Shown one piece after another: positions 63,301 to 64,000 of a stretch of 64,000 bases of DNA. Both the position numbers and the translations under genes were made by a program. Under the pieces are notes generated by a model. That model did no database searches. It was not told where the DNA came from and saw only the letters and a list, made by a program, of their open reading frames with translations. Position 1 is the first letter of the stretch, and each line of letters opens with the position of its first letter. The stretch lies in the NCBI GenBank assembly GCA_964007735.1, contig CAXGAI010000003.1:1-64000 (forward strand), in the 5' to 3' direction. Source of the DNA: an uncultured Rhodopirellula sp. GTDB taxonomy: Bacteria; Planctomycetota; Planctomycetia; Pirellulales; Pirellulaceae.

Positions 63301-64000
63301 GGCAATATTAGCAGGCGTACTATTTGCCGGCAGCGTAAAGGTGACTTCCTCTAACTGCGAGCGTTGGATATTGATTGCAATTTCATGATAAGACTTATGA
63401 ACCCCTTGCTGGACATCAAAGAAAGAGGCTAGTCGCGAAGCAAATAAGGCGGGAACTCTTCGTACCGTCGCAGAAATCGCATACTCAGTCGTATCATACT
63501 GATAAGCTAAAGTAACCGGGTTTGCGAGTGCCGCTCGTGTCCTGTCTGAAGCAGAAAGTGGAAACGCGCCGTCCACCATATCTGCCCGTATTTCAAATAC
63601 ATCCTGATACGGTTCAATCGTACGAATTCCTATCACTCCCGAATTACGATACGTATCTTCCACGACGAAAGCCGGAGTTTCCAAGGTGTATTCTTCCCAT
63701 TCACTCAACCACCCAGCCGGAACGCGTTCTGCTACTAACGTCACCCGGTGTAGCTGCCCAAAGGGCCGACGATTCGGGAACTTCACATGCAGCCGACGTG
63801 TACCCTCGGCATCAATCGTTTCGTGATACTTCAATTGACTTTGGTTTTCATCGACGATCGCTTTGACATTCCAACCATCCGGCGTCTGAACATCAAATCC
63901 AAATAAATCGTCCAACGCCGGATAAAGGAAGAAATCAATCGCCGCCTGATGCCTGTCTCGCGATAGCGTCAACACCGTATTAGTCTGGACATTAAGCTGA
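57334..64000 (-). CDS. Giant membrane-associated hypothetical protein (>2200 aa), 5' end outside the window
   Basis: Frame stays open to position 64000. Repeated beta-rich domains, an internal cluster of TM helices, acidic low-complexity linkers, and C-terminal TM helices. Confidence 0.85.
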   Translation of the reverse strand, partial: QLNVQTNTVLTLSRDRHQAAIDFFLYPALDDLFGFDVQTPDGWNVKAIVDENQSQLKYHETIDAEGTRRLHVKFPNRRPFGQLHRVTLVAERVPAGWLSEWEEYTLETPAFVVEDTYRNSGVIGIRTIEPYQDVFEIRADMVDGAFPLSASDRTRAALANPVTLAYQYDTTEYAISATVRRVPALFASRLASFFDVQQGVHKSYHEIAINIQRSQLEEVTFTLPANSTPANIAITGQAGTQVKQFNSQVQGEQRFWKVLLSTQAFSEVTLGVEYQQQVDEREARLNPAFPKVLGSGYQSGVFSVEASPELEVNVSETNGKQVDVGELAVNGYVVGKHRVAAYRYTGDSPTLDVSIRYPDLRPIPAVLINKAEMLTYVAARGIYQTVAKYSLLTKADYVRVVLPHENAVLWGVVVDGNVTVKPQVLDETTRGDFLVDLSTAGTDGNNIRDLRIIYEEQQEPSGDFRLKAPQLLEHGRNVDSSNAPLVEPARVKWQMMLPASYRLNMRNTDVMKLTNTPVQEVPQAVYLSGVLYLATGGLPPIELSDSADYQMADSMGMEEGAIFPDHPPLPTDDSVFNESDMDFADRPFSDDEAVVPESLEPSEAMPKATAPEMAMKKKELSELSESRAQAEAAASGVLAGAEADSPSESRAGEMDFEDGKTNPSVQEAGNDESAGEIEEGQRRGQRDSGLQWALEGRNSLDIDLLARVENSRSFRMSSDYLLYEFGNLGGQAAVEGRVVRKSAGVVLSWVVGLLVLAIGVLIGHKETKIKRRFLVFILLFSAVISGIPQLESYRGVAEMMFASAILLVIGYMIYRMLHPGLGWFCTSVCRKLGVGVLLPFIIATADTATAQQVDGVVSVEVPKDAVVVPYDPDNLPLQKSDDQQLLIPLQRYTELFKRAYPGLPLEHEYLPVKYALGGVEYATSLYEDNSLLIEGRVGIDIFSDRPQAIGLSLGDLVIEYATLDDQPAQMKVGAGDRLAPNVPAQQQLPAVPPAAMTHQLFVSGKGHHMLRIGLRMPVARQGGWRVASGRLPIGASGLMKLTVPETNTELRWNNHLGRSEYRTSKPNEGVESSLRVNGSFDFRWRPVIQESLTDRDLTSQSELIVDVQEDGVYADWFVNLNFRNSSRDLFRLRVPKGIRVESVKGANIRSWEVVNGAAGNQDISVEMLEPAQNVAQLRVSLVRYRALPADEIDQFEVPLVSVPDAVSQKGAILVRRSPMLDITIDEVQGLSRLDVNEFPGLNRVNSEPANTNNVQVISRESPLGIRPLFAYQFTGGTYGLTLGAMETKSRSSANLKTLVRVSPQEITLESMIRISDGSRPIHQVQLVVPKDLVIRQLTAPGLVEWAEDRYESVIGEAKLVTVLLGQGLKKGFNVILEGKLDRKLENWTTSVPYLAVRGVQSQNGETVLSSDPSFDIELLDVRQGESVAMASMFGWLKSNQRLLARTALKFVGPDYSAKFQLVPRNASVNCRTFTNVHVTDRAVEETILLEYKVSNAGQRDFSFRLPKYMKGRSVISAQYLQRVVWEDEAEDSEYVTVKLLLEDEVLNEYRVLVQMDRQAGGDARAPVPIILGDNVAVLAQFVSLESSGDQISEDPDTLRGLEKLNRQSAPWRDLTAVLGNRIREAFLVTTQNPAFAEIRYSVKSNQVVNRDAAKIRLSTTYLAVDYAGTYRAKLELLIDNQTEQFLEIRLPSGARLWAVSAAGDPVKPIKGKAKQDLKIPLVKTEDGELSYLVQVHYAGDLGKELTQFGELASLPIIKDMNIVADGSTFVKLYLPKDRRWFGFGGEGELIARTDQRIGSVLKFKQSLVINQEIDEKLRRANQSSNPYEKIRLFNSLNTETDVNNYATQGDVQTRNGQQIEELNKQIDQLVVQGQDASKEAELLFDNRKQLNQRFLEQTNDISNNAVNQLGNNFDVPVDNATKEDELNAAESQFRKGWFEGNGLIREPSSEADKLDANRLYKGNTQNFQAPGKQTPESKATLPQPYGGKQRDSVESGQERLQQQLRQYQMQQKESLENRKPLSDNFDSQRNASVDEKIESSEQEKPSSGGMGGGGAMGGFGANGNTENSMDADVNDRLQPYASSEQRGEMLVADSTGFASVAGFVFDETSLNDEYEQFEIEYISAASEFTFSAKYVGYSLIETLIRVGVVIGTILTLMVGGLIIKVGSRSKWLVGFLAVCFLPISLFMILRWVFPVLGLAILVASVTWLLKKKFTSKTLRTA

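Noticed and set aside
1..64000. CRISPR arrays, IS elements, prophage, tRNA or rRNA genes
   Set aside because: No spaced direct repeats, transposase, integrase or phage ORFs, or tRNA/rRNA signatures were seen by eye.

Overview
Core-chromosome segment of a planctomycete, most likely Pirellulales. This is inferred from the PSCyt1/DUF1549/DUF1553 plus DUF1501 gene pair, two PQQ-type beta-propellers, several Tat-signal enzymes and methanopterin C1 genes. It carries housekeeping genes (gltX, glnS, pdxJ, pabB/pabA, mutS, hflX, RNase P RNA). A dispersed set of archaeal-type tetrahydromethanopterin biosynthesis genes (RFA-P synthase, DHPS-like, DUF447, CitG-like, PTPS/QueD-like) is interleaved with an orphan EboE and an atypical SDR. 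Catabolic genes include enolase-superfamily, FAH, Gfo/Idh/MocA, nitrilase, amidase, ALDH, FdhF/YdeP and a haloarchaeal-type glucose dehydrogenase. An octaheme cytochrome/TPR gene is followed by a GalU-like nucleotidyltransferase and a plant-type glucuronokinase homologue. The right end holds a surface-protein gene run (giant truncated membrane protein, FG-GAP, TPR, C25 peptidase). Three items are absent from the ORF track: a truncated imuA-like gene at the left edge with a palindrome overlapping its promoter (candidate SOS box), a 53-aa Cys-tailed small ORF, and rnpB. No mobile elements, tRNA/rRNA or CRISPR arrays were seen. All family calls come from motif recognition by eye, not from database searches.
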